From Paraspadella gotoi (lineage: Eukaryota; Animalia; Chaetognatha): DNA of 64,000 bases. Below are positions 40,625-54,760 of the stretch, piece by piece. Position 1 is the stretch's first letter, and every line of letters begins with the position of its first letter. The stretch is from NCBI GenBank assembly GCA_051294375.1, contig CM119270.1, positions 15,988,111 through 16,052,110 on the forward strand, read 5' to 3'. Position numbers and translations under genes: made by a program. The notes below the pieces were generated by a model. That model searched no databases. It worked only from the letters and a program-made list of their open reading frames with translations, and had not been told where the DNA came from.

Positions 40625-41253
40625 TGAAACGTAGCAGGGGAGGGGCGGGCGACAAAAGGAGAAAAACAATCTGTTGTTTCCTCTCGCTCTCCATCTCGCT
40701 TTCCCTCTCGCTCTTCGCCATCTCTCGAATTCGCCATCAATCATGTACAAGCCTCCCCTAAAACTTTTTCCCGCCGCAAACGATAGCGATTAATTTCACG
40801 CTTTCGCCGATTCGCGCCATTTTCAATAATCAACGCGCGGGAATTTTTTTTTTTTTTTTTTTTTTTTTCGCGAGCGGAATTTTTTTTGTCAAGTTTTTTT
40901 ATGTCTTGTTTCGCGAGCCGCTTCGTTCGCATGAAAACGAGGCCGGAGGAGGAGAGTGGGGGTGGTGAGGGGTTGGGGAGGGGGAGGAGTAGAACTTAAT
41001 GCTATATTTAACTAAAACAGGCGAGAGCGAGAGGGGTGGGTGGGGGGGGGGAGGGGGAGAAGGACTGAGGGTGGAAGCGATCGTTAATTTCTCGTTCGCG
41101 CTCCAAATCCAAGTTCGTCATAACCGAACCAAAAAAAAAAAAGTGCGTCTGGCAAATGTTACTGTCTCGTTTATAGATTTTTTTCTTGACTTTTTTTTTT
41201 TGTTTTATACTTTTTTCTTTGTTGCAAGGTTTTTATTTGTCCGGAGGAAGTGG

Positions 41254-41278
41254 NNNNNNNNNNNNNNNNNNNNNNNNN
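41254..41278. other. Assembly gap (25 N); others at 53263-53287, 60944-60968 (25 N each) and 62097-62106 (10 N)
   Basis: Runs of n in the sequence. Confidence 0.99.
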
Positions 41279-41934
41279 GGGGGGGGTGAAAGTTGGTCGA
41301 TAGATTCTAGGTAAAGCTGAATACTGAATAGCGAATAAATTGCTCGTAAAGCTTCTGTATTTATATTCATAGTGGTTTATTCTTCAGAGAGTGAGGTAGC
41401 ATAACTGACCGTAGACTACATTTGACATTTGACAGTGAATAATGTAAAAATTATTTAGTAATTTTTATGAAAAAAAAATCGAATAGGCCACAAAACATCA
41501 TTCTAAATATAAATTATGGGTTAGAAAATGTATGTAAAGAAATACGGAGAGTATTTTATTATAGATTTTTATTAGATCTTAATTGACTCTGCGATGCGAA
41601 TTTCTCAGAAATGCTCAGAAAATCACAAAGACCGGATGATGGTTGTCATTTCAAGATTTGAAGGGCGACTTCAGGCAGAATCATTGATTTAGGCACTGGT
41701 CAGGGTCAGAGACGCAATATCTGATAAAGGGACCAAGTGACAGAAAGTCTTGTCATAAAAATTGTGTGAATTCTGAGATTGTAGCAGATGGAGAGAAAGA
41801 AAGAGAACGAGAGAGAGAGAGAGGGGGAAGCATGAAAGCAAGAAATAAAGAAAGCAAGCAAGAAAGAACAAAAATTTTTAAAAACGATAGAAAGAAAAGG
41901 GAGGAAAAAAAAGAAAAGAACGAAAGACAGAAAA

Positions 41935-41943
41935 AGAGAGGAA

Positions 41944-42038
<95 letters not shown>

Positions 42039-42040
42039 GA
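41935..42040. repeat. (GAAA)n microsatellite
   Basis: Seen directly. Confidence 0.95.
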
Positions 42041-42167
42041 TAAAAACGAGAGAATAGGTGAAAAGGGAGAAAACTCGGCCTCTGCCTTTTCCGTCCTCGG
42101 AGGAGGAAGAGGAGGAGGAGGACATTAAACGACGAGTTGATGAAAAGAAACTGTCAACAAAAGTCAG

Positions 42168-42225
<58 letters not shown>

Positions 42226-42983
42226 AGGTGCAGAATCCTGGAAGGCGGAAGTGTGAGATGCGATGGTAAAGGAACAACGGTGTGGACCTCACGATCACAG
42301 TTGGAATATAAAGGATATGAGTCAAAAGGAAAGAAGTTATTGGAAAAAAAATCATTAACAAGACGGAGATAGGGAAGTCATTCACAAGTGAAAACAAAAA
42401 CCACAAATCGAAAACCGTACTGTCACTCTTCGCTTGTATCAACCAATTCCTTTTGTGATTTCATGAGAAAAGAGAAAAGTAAGTTTTTGGTTTTTATCGC
42501 TGATGTTGTTTACCCTTTCATGGTCTATGAGGTGGGACTCTATTGTCGTTGTTGTTGTTGTTGTTGTTATCGGATGGGATCGATTGGTTTTTGCGTCGGT
42601 CGTTTGCGCGGGTGATGGACCTTACCTCGTAATTTTGTCCCCAGTTTATCGCCCTCACACAACCCTCACCCTCATTCACTTACTTTTCCAAGTTCTTCAC
42701 ATTTCACTATCTCCATCAACCCCGTCTTCGATCACTCACCCCGTCCCACTCCTCACTACCTCACCTTCTTCCCCCTCACCCTCCCCAGTCGCCATGGAGC
42801 CCTCACCATCACCTGACCCGAAAAAACCAGCTGCGTTCTTCGTCTTCGCTTCCGGCGCCGGACGCGAAAAACCGGAGACCAGAAAACAATTCAACGACCA
42901 ACGACAATCGACATCAATTGACAATCATTGACAACAATGCGCGACAATGACAATGAAAATGCGGAAATAGACAACAGAGAGAG

Positions 42984-43014
<31 letters not shown>

Positions 43015-43017
43015 GAG

Positions 43018-43048
<31 letters not shown>

Positions 43049-44247
43049 AAGAATAGAGAGAGAAAATAACAAGGAGCGAAAGAAAGAGAAAGAAAGAAAG
43101 AGAGAGAGTTGTTAACTAAAAGTAATAATATTGATATATAGTAAGTAGTTTAATCGAAAACAAAACCTAAAACGTACCCGTTTCATAAAATAAAATAAAT
43201 AAAAGACTTTCAAATATTTTTTAAAAAAATTTTTCCGAACGAAAATGTATCACCACTATACAAAACAATTGACTGTAACAAAAACTGAAAAACTCTACCG
43301 TTGCGACCTTCAGCGACGAGATTTCTTCCATTTCTGCTATTAATTTTTTTTTTTTGGCCATGATAAAAAAAAGGGGGGAGAAAAATGACTATGGATATAT
43401 TGGGGGGGCAGAGGAGGGGGTGGAAAGAGGGTTCGATAAAGGCCGAGAGAATTCCATTGTTTTCCTCGTTTCGTTGACCGGGACAGCAGAGATTGTCGAC
43501 GGTTTTCGGCCCGAATAATCCGGACGAGGCTAATTGGATGGAGAGATCGGCGGTCTCGCTCCAAGAGTTGGCGTTGGAACAGAGCTGGGAGAAGATGGGG
43601 GAGGTCACATCGGAGCGGAAAGGTGGTCGATCTGACCCGATATTCCGTACAAGTCAAACGCGTTTCGTCGATTAAATTTCTTATCGACAAACTTAGTTTA
43701 TCATACAAACAAAATACAAAGGTTAGTACTACTTTGTGACTAAAACTAAAGATAAACCCGGACCATTCGTGAACTCTTTTTCGATCAGACTGTCTGACCA
43801 TCTCTCTCATATACGTCATGGATTTGTCCTTGACCACCGATGCCCGTCGACCGTGGCCTGCTCTCTATAATGAATAAGTACAGGCGACGCCTGTGAAGAC
43901 GTTAATCGGGCGTTGGCGACGGTGATTGCGCGGGGAACTTTTCTTTCCCGCCGTTTTGAGAGAAAAAGGGAACGCAGACGACAAGTGGTGGGAGAGCGAG
44001 TAAGAAATTATATCGCCGAGTAGCGAAATACGTAGTGTTATCGTTCGTCAGTTGTTGTCTTATGGATTGATACAGTTAACAATTCAATGTCCTTCGAGAA
44101 TAAATCGTCTCAACGGCTACATTCGCTATTCGGTATACCTCGGGGGCTCGGACCAATTTCGTCCCGGGCCTTACCTAGAACCCGAGTCCACCAAGGCCAT
44201 GTCTTCGCCGTCTTCATCACGGAGGAGCTAAGTTTAGAAGCGACCAG

Positions 44248-44322
<75 letters not shown>

Positions 44323-44455
44323 CAGAGAGAGAGAGAGAGAGAGAGCTCAATAAAAGCAACAAGGCCGTAAGCCAATGTTGAATTTTCCAAACAATTTCTA
44401 GAGCCTCTTTATTATTTTCTAATTCTAATTCTTCGACCGCTAAGCGGCTCGAGGT

Positions 44456-44550
<95 letters not shown>

Positions 44551-44552
<2 letters not shown>

Positions 44553-47500
44553 CGACACCTCGGCGATTAGAAATGCAAATATTAGTTTTTCTCTATTCTC
44601 CTTCGTCTTTTCTCTCGTCTCGCTCTCACTCCTTTCTCTCTCTCGCTTCTTTTGTTCCATCTCGCATCTCGATTCGCGTCTCTTTAACTCGGAGATCGGA
44701 TCTGGAAAACGTTTGAGCGGCGACGACGCCGTTCGCCCCCGATTTCTTTTAAGGAGACACGAGGACGGGCACGATATACCGCATAAGAGGAGGTGATTTA
44801 ACAATCTATTGTACAAATATATTGTACTCTTGTATTGTTTAAATTAATTTGACGATCGGCAAACCAGAATTTACAGAATTTGCTTTGATTTAAAAATGTT
44901 AATCGCAACTCGAGGATTCGTTAAAAAGGAAAAGAAATTATATATTTAATATTATATATTATTATATTTGTCGAATTGAGCGAATGTACCAGCCGATTTG
45001 AAAAAGAAATGATACGATGTTAAACGACAATTAAAGATGTTGTCACAAATCATGGATGCCATGATCTTCTTATCGCCGATCCCTTTTTCCGGGAGAGACG
45101 GGCGCGGCGCCATCTTTTGACGTCGGATGAGATTAGCGAAAATTCCGGATGTAATGAGACGGACTCACCGACTCACCGATCCACCTCCATCCTCACTCTC
45201 CCACAATGTCTTGAATCCTTGACACTCTCATTATCTCAAACGTCGTCGAGGATTCGAAAAAGATGTGGCGACTTACCACCGATTCAACGCGAAGGCCGAA
45301 AATTGTTCAAAATCAACATGAAGCGCCCTACGTCGCTCTTTTTATTTAGAAGAGTGGGATCGTTCATCTCGTTCACACAGAAAAGATCACAGTTTGGATC
45401 CTAGTTTTTTAAATCTAAAAAAAATCGCTACTAATTATTGATAATTAGTGCTTTTGTGTGTATCTATCTTCTTGATAGGCGATGCGCTTATGTTTAAAAT
45501 TTACTATCTCACTTTCAGAATTTATCACAAGAGGAAATAGAAAGGCAGAAATCGTGATTAAAAATAAAAGAACAACGGTTAATTTTACATCTTTAACTTT
45601 ATGTTTTTAATTTATGCTTAATCGCAGGCGTGGCCAATCATTTAGTTTCCAAGCTGCGATCCTTCGACGCGTTTAATCTGCAACGTGATATTTTTTTTTT
45701 AAATTTGAGGATAAAAATCAATACCAATCAAATTGTACTCAAGAAGTAAAAAAATGCAACACTACTTTAATTTATAACTTCGATTAAACTTAAACCATAT
45801 CAGACTCAAAGAAACGATGCAAATAAACCTGACGGTCCGGTTCCTTTATGCTCAATATGAACTCATAAAAATAACTATTAAGTATTATCAAAAGTGGAAT
45901 ACAATGTGCCTATTTTAAAATTGTTAATGAAGAAAAGGATAAAGAAAGCCATATTTAGATTTATTATTTCATACAACACAATAATGAATTATAGGAGAAA
46001 AATCCCTAAAAAAGCTATCATGGCAAATATGTTATATTTGAAAAGTATATACAAAACTGTTTCCAAAAAGTTTTGATTTATTAAATTAGACGCCAACGAT
46101 TTATCTAAGCTGTGTATCTAAAGGAGGCAGTCAACAATATCTAAGAAAAAATATGAATAACATTTCCGTTGCCATGGTTAAGCTTTGATGAAAAACATAT
46201 AATATGTTTGGCTTGATAGCAAGTGTTTAGAAATATAGAGTCAAAAAACGAAAATTCATCACTTGGAAATTGGAACAAAAACAAAAAACAGTAGAAATTA
46301 TACCGAATCCAATTATGTAAAATGCAACAAAACTTATAACGAAATATTTTGAGATCAGATATATTTTAATTATTATATTACAGAGGAACTTTCAAATCTC
46401 TTTGGCATGACATAAATTGAATAGGAAAAAAGCATTGAAGAATCCTGAGAATACTATTCATATATTAATTAATTGATAAAAGAACATGAAGGGTCAACGG
46501 AAGCCAGTAGCCTGGCAGAAATACTTTTCGTTAGGCGCTTAAAAAAAAATTGTCAATATTTTAAAAATCACAGGAAAAATGTAAAAAACTTTTGAAAATT
46601 GAGTGTACGAAATTTAAAAAGGTAAAAAAATTGTTTTGCTCCTTACTTACAAGTGTTAATTATTTTACTTTAAACGTATATTTATTTAAATTCAAAAAAT
46701 GCTGTCTTTCCAAAAACCAATATGACCCTGCAGTTATTTATTAAACCATAGCCAAAGCAATAAAGCAGGAACTGAAACATTAGTATGTTTCTAAAGTGTA
46801 AAATAATGAAATAAGTTAACAACGCGAAAATCAAAATTAAATAAGGAAACAACTTTCTGTTTTACAATAATCTAACAGTAGAGAATGAATAATCGTTATT
46901 TTATTTGATTTTTTGACTTGTAGTTATGGTATTTTGCTTCTTTTCATTACGTTCCGATTGAGAGGAAACAAAGTTGTAATTTTTATTTCAGCAACAATGT
47001 TTGTTAGAACAAACAATGGACATGTTCGTAAGATAATCGTTGCTATAATAAAAATTATAAACTTTATTTTCTCTCTATTTTTTGACTGAAAAAAAAAAAA
47101 CCCATTTGATAAATTTTTATAGTACCAATACAATATCTTCATAGCTTTGTTTAAAGCTACATAAAAGGAACAATTTCACTGCCAGATTAATAGATAACGA
47201 TATTGAACAACTGAGTATTTTCAAATATTTGTCACATAACGATTTAAATTAACAATTTTTAAAATTAATTTCTATTCTACTGAAATCACAACTACCTAAA
47301 TTTTCTACATTATTAAAGAACGATAGCTTGCTACATTCAAGTTAATGCGATAATCATTGCGCTATCAGTGGAATCCGATTTCTTTTATTATCAGTGACAA
47401 ACTTTCCTCTATCAAAAAATGGCGAATCAAACCCCTTGTCAATGACTCCACTGTTCGTGCAACAATAGCCCGAAAAGCTAATAAAATATTACTTAAAATT

Positions 47501-49223
47501 ACATTTGGTTTCTAAGACCATGGTGTTTATGGTTTAAATATACATTTCTTCATATAATAATACTGCTTGACGATTCTCAAGAAGGAAAAAAAATATTTTC
47601 TTTCTTGGCAGTAATTGCTGGTCAAATCGAAAACGCATATTATGTACCGTATGAAAAATCCATGCCTCTTTCCACCACATTAAAGCACCTACCGTATTAG
47701 TGATTTTTACAAAAAAAAAACGATAATAACGTTACAAGTACTATTTATCTACAAATCGGAGCCACACACACTAAAAAAAACGATTAAATGCGTGACGCGC
47801 CTCGGTGGTGGAATGCATACAGTGTACACAGTACACACATTTTCATAACGAACTTATTTACCGGTTATAGAATGTGTTAAATTCGGCGACATGGCACTAA
47901 GGTTTTGCATGCTTGATACAATGATAGAATGAACTTGTTGCGTAAAATAATTTCAAACGGTCCAAACTACACATATCCTGGCAGCAAAAACTGGGAACGC
48001 CCTGAAATATTATGTACCTGATTTTTTTTTATTTTTTGTTTTTAATACTTTAGTTTCAAAATTAAATACATCATAAAATAGTATTAATGTATATCGAATT
48101 CCATGGAAAAACTTCACGGGCGGTTTAAGGCGGCTTGGAGGTAGGCGACTGGTCTTCCAGTTTCCCCAGATGAGGTCCTTTGTCCAATATAATAAGATTA
48201 AATTAACATTAAATAAAAATATGTATTGGGATTGTTTTTATATTATTTCCTTTCTTTTGTTGCGTTTATACTTAAAGTAAATAGGTAAATATTGAATTCT
48301 ATTTCAAACGACGGCAAATGTTTATTCGAGTATGTTTCGGCTATTTTTTGCGGCAAGCAAAACATATTTGTAAAAATAATGACAAATTTTAATCTCAAAT
48401 ATATTCTCTGCCATTATTGTATACAATGTAAATACAATTCAAACTTTACCCATTACTCTAGTTATGTCATGAGTACGTTATTGATTAATTTACTACATCA
48501 TAAACTTATCCTCGACATTCCCATCTGTGTTGGATACAAGCTTTATCTCTTCATCCGGCTTAATCTCATTTGCCTCTTCTATTACCTTTCATCTCGTCTG
48601 CGAAAATGCGAGCAATGAAAAATTTACTGACCAAGGGACTTAACCAACGATGCGAATCAGATGAAACATATTCTCCGATGACGCTTCAAACCAGTGGTTA
48701 AAAACCTTCAGCTTTTTATTCCCAGTTGTTTTTTTTTCCTTTTTTTCAACAGACTCACGGACAACCGAACAGCAATCCTACCCGACGAATCTCCCTGCTC
48801 ACGGCGGTGAATCCCTTCTCGGCTTCGGTCCAACTTATCCTCCTCCGCTCCTTCGCCCCGAACAGGATCTTCTTCTTCAGAGGATGACGAGCAACACCGC
48901 GCAGATGAGGATGAGTACGAGGCGACGACGACGCCGGCGATGGTTCCCGCGTCGCCGCCGTCGACCGCCGCTCGGTCGCCGAGGTCCTGGTCGGAGGCGG
49001 AGTGAAATCGGATCGTCTTCACCAGGCGCCCAAAGTAGTGACGTTGGCGACGAAAGGCTCGCCCGCCTTGCGTTTCTAAGAAATGCAGCTGTACGCAAGT
49101 GGGAATTCTCGGGAAAGAATTGTCTAGAGAGGGTGAGTCGAGGGGGGGGGGAATAAGTTGATGTCAGAAAATATATAAAAAAATACGTATGGATAAGATG
49201 GTAGGCAGGCGAGAGGAGGAGAG

Positions 49224-49291
<68 letters not shown>

Positions 49292-49906
49292 CAGACAGAC
49301 AGAGTGAGAGAGAAAGTCTCCCAATGGAGAGGAAATGCTGCCGGGTCAGAAATTTCGCATTCGCCCCAAAAGCATTTGCTTCAATAAACAATTACCCACG
49401 TCATAGCTGCACCACATTCTGATCCTAACAATTACCCACGTAACAGCGCACCACATTCTTGATCCTAACAATTACCCACTTGACAGGGTATCACATCTGA
49501 TCCTAACATTACCCACTTCACAGGTGTATCACATTCTTGATCGACCACGTGATTCCACTCGAGCTGGAATTTGTTCTCCTCGAAATCGACGCGGATGAAG
49601 TCGGCGATCGCAGGCGGATTTCCGCGGAGGAAGACTCTGACTTTGCTCGTTAGATGTCCTCGTCGAGGAGACCGTCGGCGCGAACGTGGAAGTCGACTTG
49701 AGAGGTCCGAAAGAGCAGGAAAGGTCGGGGTAACTGGGTGGGCAAGTGAAGAGAGATTAGACAATAGATGAAAATAGTGACAAGGAGCTTTTCTAAATAG
49801 TTTTTATACCGTTTATGTCGCCAGTTTTCGTCGCACGTTTTTACTTTTATATTAGAATTTAAATCGCTTTCCGCTTCCACTATATTTCATTTCCCGCTAC
49901 CTCACA
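44551..49906 (-). repeat. ~5.4 kb inverted duplicate of about 32759-38260, including frameshifted exons 3-6 of the Ig gene
   Basis: Continuous reverse-complement similarity (e.g. ORF 48708..49022 MKTIRFHSASDQDLGDRAA). Differences are mostly 1 nt indels. Confidence 0.92.
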
Positions 49907-50166
49907 TGTCAGAATATTAAAGTATTATTACAAAATCTCGGTCTTAGTTTACAAATACCTTCGCCGATTGTAAACAAATCTTTTTGGTTTTCGATCGCTT
50001 GTAATCTCAGTCGTGATTTTTGGCCGAGTAACAATTTGTAATTCTCTCCCGTTTATTTCTTTTTGTTTTACCTTATTTATATAACTATAGTGAATACTCA
50101 ATCCTCTATTAATATATTAGGCTAAATAGATTCGTCAGTTATTAAGGAGCAGTAATAAAGACGACA

Positions 50167-50213
50167 TGGTGGCGCGGTGGGATTCGAACCCACGTCTCTT
50201 GTGCTATGCTACC
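50167..50213 (-). pseudogene. Internally deleted tRNA-like fragment (Leu-like ends) with B box and terminal CCA
   Basis: Minus strand GGTAGCATAGC-ACAAGAGAC-GTGGGTTCGAATCCCAC-CGCGCCACCA. Intact T arm, but no D or anticodon arm. Confidence 0.45.
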
Positions 50214-50699
50214 TTAAGTGGGGATGTGGTGCGAGTTTTTCATGAGCTAATATGTTCATTTGATAACGATAATTAAGATTAAGATATAAGTTATCTAAGT
50301 GGGTGTTTAATTTCCACTCTTCCTTCACATCCGCGTGGTGGATGTAAAGCTAGCATAATGACGGGGTCCTTGTCACCTGCAAGCGTGGGTGGGGAGCTTG
50401 GCTTACTTGGGCTTGTTGGTATGCCGTCTGCGGAGTAGACGAAAAACCCCGCTCAGCGTTGAGCTCTATAACTGGCCGTCTCACAGTAGACGAAAAACTC
50501 CTGCTCAGCGTTGAGCCTCATAACTGCCGTCCTTGGCGACGTAAAAACCGGAAAACCCCGTTAAAGAATTACCATGAATATATGGAATTCGCCACATAGC
50601 GTCGACTTTTTTTTTGCGCACTTTTTACCGCATGTGGTCGTTTATTTTTTGAATAGTAAATCGTTTTCGCTTCCTGCATTTGCGATGACAAATGATTTA

Positions 50700-50890
50700 T
50701 TGACGGAGCCCATTTAGCTGGATTTATCATATTTTGCCTCTCAAATGACGGAGGCCCATTAAGCTGGGAAACCATTTGCCTTGCAAATGACGGAGGCCCA
50801 TTAAGCTGGGACCATTTGCCTCGCAAATGACGGAGGCCCATTAAGCTGGACCATTTGCCTCTGCAAATTCGAGGCCCATTAAGCTGGGAT
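50700..50890. repeat. Minisatellite, about 5 copies of a ~40 bp unit
   Basis: Unit aaatgacggaggcccattaagctgggaccatttgcctcgc. Confidence 0.9.
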
Positions 50891-53287
50891 GAGGTGTAAG
50901 TTACCTCTTTGAGGATTAAGATATAATAGATTGACCGAGTGTCAATTTCTATATAGAGATGCGTGACCGCGTCTCTGTTTTTTTTCTAGGGTTCTCATAC
51001 CCGTTAATGATAGATCCGTTTGTGTGATTACGAACGGACTATTGGTGTTTCTAGGTTAATTTAGGTTAGTGTAGTTTTAAATTTAAAGTGTCAAAATGCA
51101 CGCCCGAGGGGCACCGAGAAAAAAAATGGGATAAATATGCCCAACAAAATCTTGATTCTATATATGTATAAATTTTCTAAAATGATAAAATAATATTAAA
51201 ATGCCTATCACGAAGAGAATAAAAAATATAATAGAAATTTCCTCATCTTGAAACTCAATCAATAATTTGCCTCGGATCCCGAGAAATGATGATTTCCTCA
51301 ATCTTTAATTTCTCTCTCTCGTAACGTTGCCTCTACATCTCGACGGCCGAAATTGGGAATTTTTGACTCTAATTCACTTTTTTCTCACTGCCGGAGCCTC
51401 GACATCAGAACTTTCTTTTAAACACGAACGAATGCACGACGGCCGGAAATTCAGAACTACGCCTTTTCACAGCTTAGTTTTTCTTTGCAGGAGCTTCCAT
51501 CGCGAATTTTTCTTGTTTAAACGTGGAGAGAATAACGTTTGATGTATGAAATTATTTTTAAATCCGAAGATTTATTCTTTTAACGTCATCACGAAAAAAA
51601 AAGTTGATGTTTCAACTTTGGACGCAATCAATGGGAGAATTTTCATTTCTTTGAAAGTCATATAACAACGCGGTTCATAATAAAACAAATTCGACTGTTT
51701 TAAACTACGTGAATCTGTCTCTCTACAGTTGAAAAGATAAAAGATAAATGAATTCCTTAACGCCAGTTTCGATCCTGCGACCTTCAACGTCGAAGCGATT
51801 TTCCCGCGAAAGTATGATCTAAGCAAAAATTAAACTGACTTTTCTCCGCGAAACGGGAGTCTAAACGAAAGCTGAACAAATCTTTTCTATGTTGAAATTC
51901 CGATGCACGATTGTTTGAACTAACTTTTCGACGCTTAACGCGCTCTATAAAATTCCGATGCACGCATCGATCGTTCAGTCTATTACGACGTCATTCTTGC
52001 TTAAAATTCCAATGATGCAATCGACGCTAGAAATCGAAAAAGATAAACAATTCCGACATTCCGATGCATCGACGATAGCCTTTGTTTCGCTTCAAACAAT
52101 TACCGTTAAAGTTTAACGTGATTTCGTGATTCTGTGGAAAGAAGCTCACGCTTTCAAATTTATGAAAACAAATAATGTTACGTGAATGTCAAACCCTGCA
52201 AGATGTTGGACTTTTTCTCAACAAAATGTAAGATGGAATGGAATCTTTGAAGAAAAAGACAACGAAACAAGAAAGAAAGGAAAGAACTTAAACTAAAACT
52301 AAAATAAACTTTTCGTCTTCACCTCTATTCTCAATCTCAAATCTCTATTCTCAAATTTCGAATCCCGAATCTCTATCTCGATTCTAATATCCAAATCTCA
52401 ACTCTCAACTCTCAACTCTCAATTCCCGACTTCTGATCTCAGCTCTCGATTCTCAGTCTGATTCTTAACTCAATTCTTAACTCAATTCTTAACTCAATTC
52501 TCAACTCTCAATTATAAAACTATCAACTATCAAATACGACGCAAAGAACTCAATTTTACAAAATGATAACAAACAACCTGTCGTCTTTCCCACCCCTGGC
52601 CTCCTCATGGTGGTCATGTGGATCTCATCTCTTCAACTCCTCACGAGCGGGAGCTTTCGCTCTCACACAAGTTTCTCGGGGTTGCAACGCTTCGTCCTCT
52701 GCGTCTGGGAAAAAGTCGGCAACCGACCGGCCGACGAACAGCCGGGCTTCGCCGACCACCAAGATTCGGTTCCCGGCTCACGAGCGGAACCGGTGCGCAG
52801 CATCTGCAGCAGCGGCGAGATCGACGAATTTGCTGTGCATGGAACGCAGCAGCGGAATCAGCGTCTTTTCTCTCTCTCCTCTTCACGTGGAGGGGGGAAG
52901 CAGCATTGGCGACAGCTGAGCCGACGAGCAAGGTCAAAGAAAAGTTACATCTCTCTTTCTGGATCGAAAGCAGCAGCAGCAGCTCCAGTCTGAAAGGAAT
53001 ATTACGACGACTTCTTTTCGCCGATCGTGAGAAAGCGAGAGCACGGCGGGCGCCGCAACGCCGACCCCTTTTCCCTGGAACCAGGTGCAGAGTGCCCGTA
53101 AAGATTTTATGAACTTTAATGTTTAAATGACTTTAACATAATCATTGACATATTCATTATAACTGATATATCATAAGGAATATGTCAATAGTATGGCTGT
53201 TTAATTTGCACAAAAATGTTTTTAATATATTGACACCCGTATCGCAATGTGTAACGTATGTANNNNNNNNNNNNNNNNNNNNNNNNN

Positions 53288-54021
53288 GAGGAGGGGGTGA
53301 AAGAGGGTTCGATTAACCGGCCGAGAGAATTCCATTGTTTTCCTCGTTTCGTTGACCGGGACAGCAGAGATTGTCGACGGTTTCGGCCCGAATAATCCGG
53401 CCGAGGCTAATTGGATGGAGAGATCGGCGGTCTCGCTCCAAGAGGTTGGCGTTGGACAGAGCTGAGGAGAAGATGGGGGAGGTCACATCGGAGCGGAAAG
53501 TGGTCGATCTGACCCGATATTCCCGTACAGTCAAACCGCGTTTCGTCGATTAAATTTCTTATCGACAAACTTAGTTTATCATACAAACAAAATACAAAGG
53601 TTAGTACTACTTTGTGACTAAAACCTAAAGATAAACCCGGACCATTCGTGAACTCTTTTTCGATCAGACTGCTGACCATCTCGCTCATCTACGTCATGGA
53701 TTTGTCCCTCGACCACCGATGCCCGTCGACCGTGGCCTGCTCTCTATAATGAATAAGTACAGGCGACGCCTGTGAAGACGTAATCGGGCGTTGGCGACGG
53801 TGATTGCGCGGGGAACTTTTCTTCCCGCCGTTTTGAGAGAAAAAGGAACGCAGACCGACAAGTGGTGGGAGAGCGAGTAAGAATTATATCGCCGAGTAGC
53901 GAAATACGTAGTTGTTATCGTTCGTCAGTTGTTGTCTTAATGATTGATACTGTTAACAATTCAATGTCCTTCGAGAATAAATCGTGCTCAAACGCTACAT
54001 TCGCTATTCGCTATACCTCGT
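53288..54021 (+). repeat. Direct duplicate of 43411-44141, starting immediately after an N gap
   Basis: Near-identical over ~730 bp with scattered indels. Confidence 0.9.
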
Positions 54022-54469
54022 CTCTTCTCTGTCTCGTCGGCTCGCTTCATTCTCTCTCACGCTTCGTGCTCTCGTCAGTCTCTCTCAGGTCCCGTCTAGC
54101 TATGCTCTCTTCCCCTTCTAATAGTTTTGAGGTTTTTTTTTTTTTTTCCCAATATATTATTTACAAATGAGCTATCACTATATCTGGAAGTTATGAACTT
54201 TTTTTAACGGTAAATTGGGACAGAGACACCGATTGACAGACAATAGCCCCCGCGACCACGACTAACACAAAGTGACTAATACGGAAGTACTCGGAGGTCT
54301 GCGGTCTGTCGCGGCAAGCTAAAAAAGGAAGTGTCTTTTTTCACAACGAGAAAGAAAAGAAAAAAGTTTTTCAAAAAAAAGAAGAGACTTAAAAAAAAAA
54401 AAGTCAAAGGTTTGTCGACAGAGGCTAAGATGCTTTTGGCTTCGTCTCCCTTCCCTACATAGAAAATGT

Positions 54470-54760
54470 CAACATTTCTATTTTGACTACGATTTCAATG
54501 ACATAAACAGATATCTCATGACAAACATTTCTCCTTATTTTGACATCTCCACTATGATCCTTAATTCAGACAACGGATTATTGACAGAACTGAGTATTCT
54601 TTTTTTGAACATTCACTATGATCTTGATTCATGAACACACAATAAACATCACAAATCATTTCCTTTTTGAACATCTCCCTACTGATCTTCATTCACTCGA
54701 AACCATTCATCAACAGATATTCTTCTCTCTTCCGCACTTCCTATCGATCCTTCCGATACT
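54470..54760. repeat. Degenerate tandem repeat
   Basis: Recurrent acagatattc / tttttgaacat..cactatgatctt motifs. Confidence 0.5.

Noticed and set aside
39139-42442. ORFs with poly-SL, poly-ER or KKER runs
   Set aside because: Products of (GA)n and (GAAA)n microsatellites.
48100-49760. Second functional Ig gene or true pseudogene
   Set aside because: Lacks exons 1-2 and its frameshifts match the read-error pattern of the surrounding duplicate.
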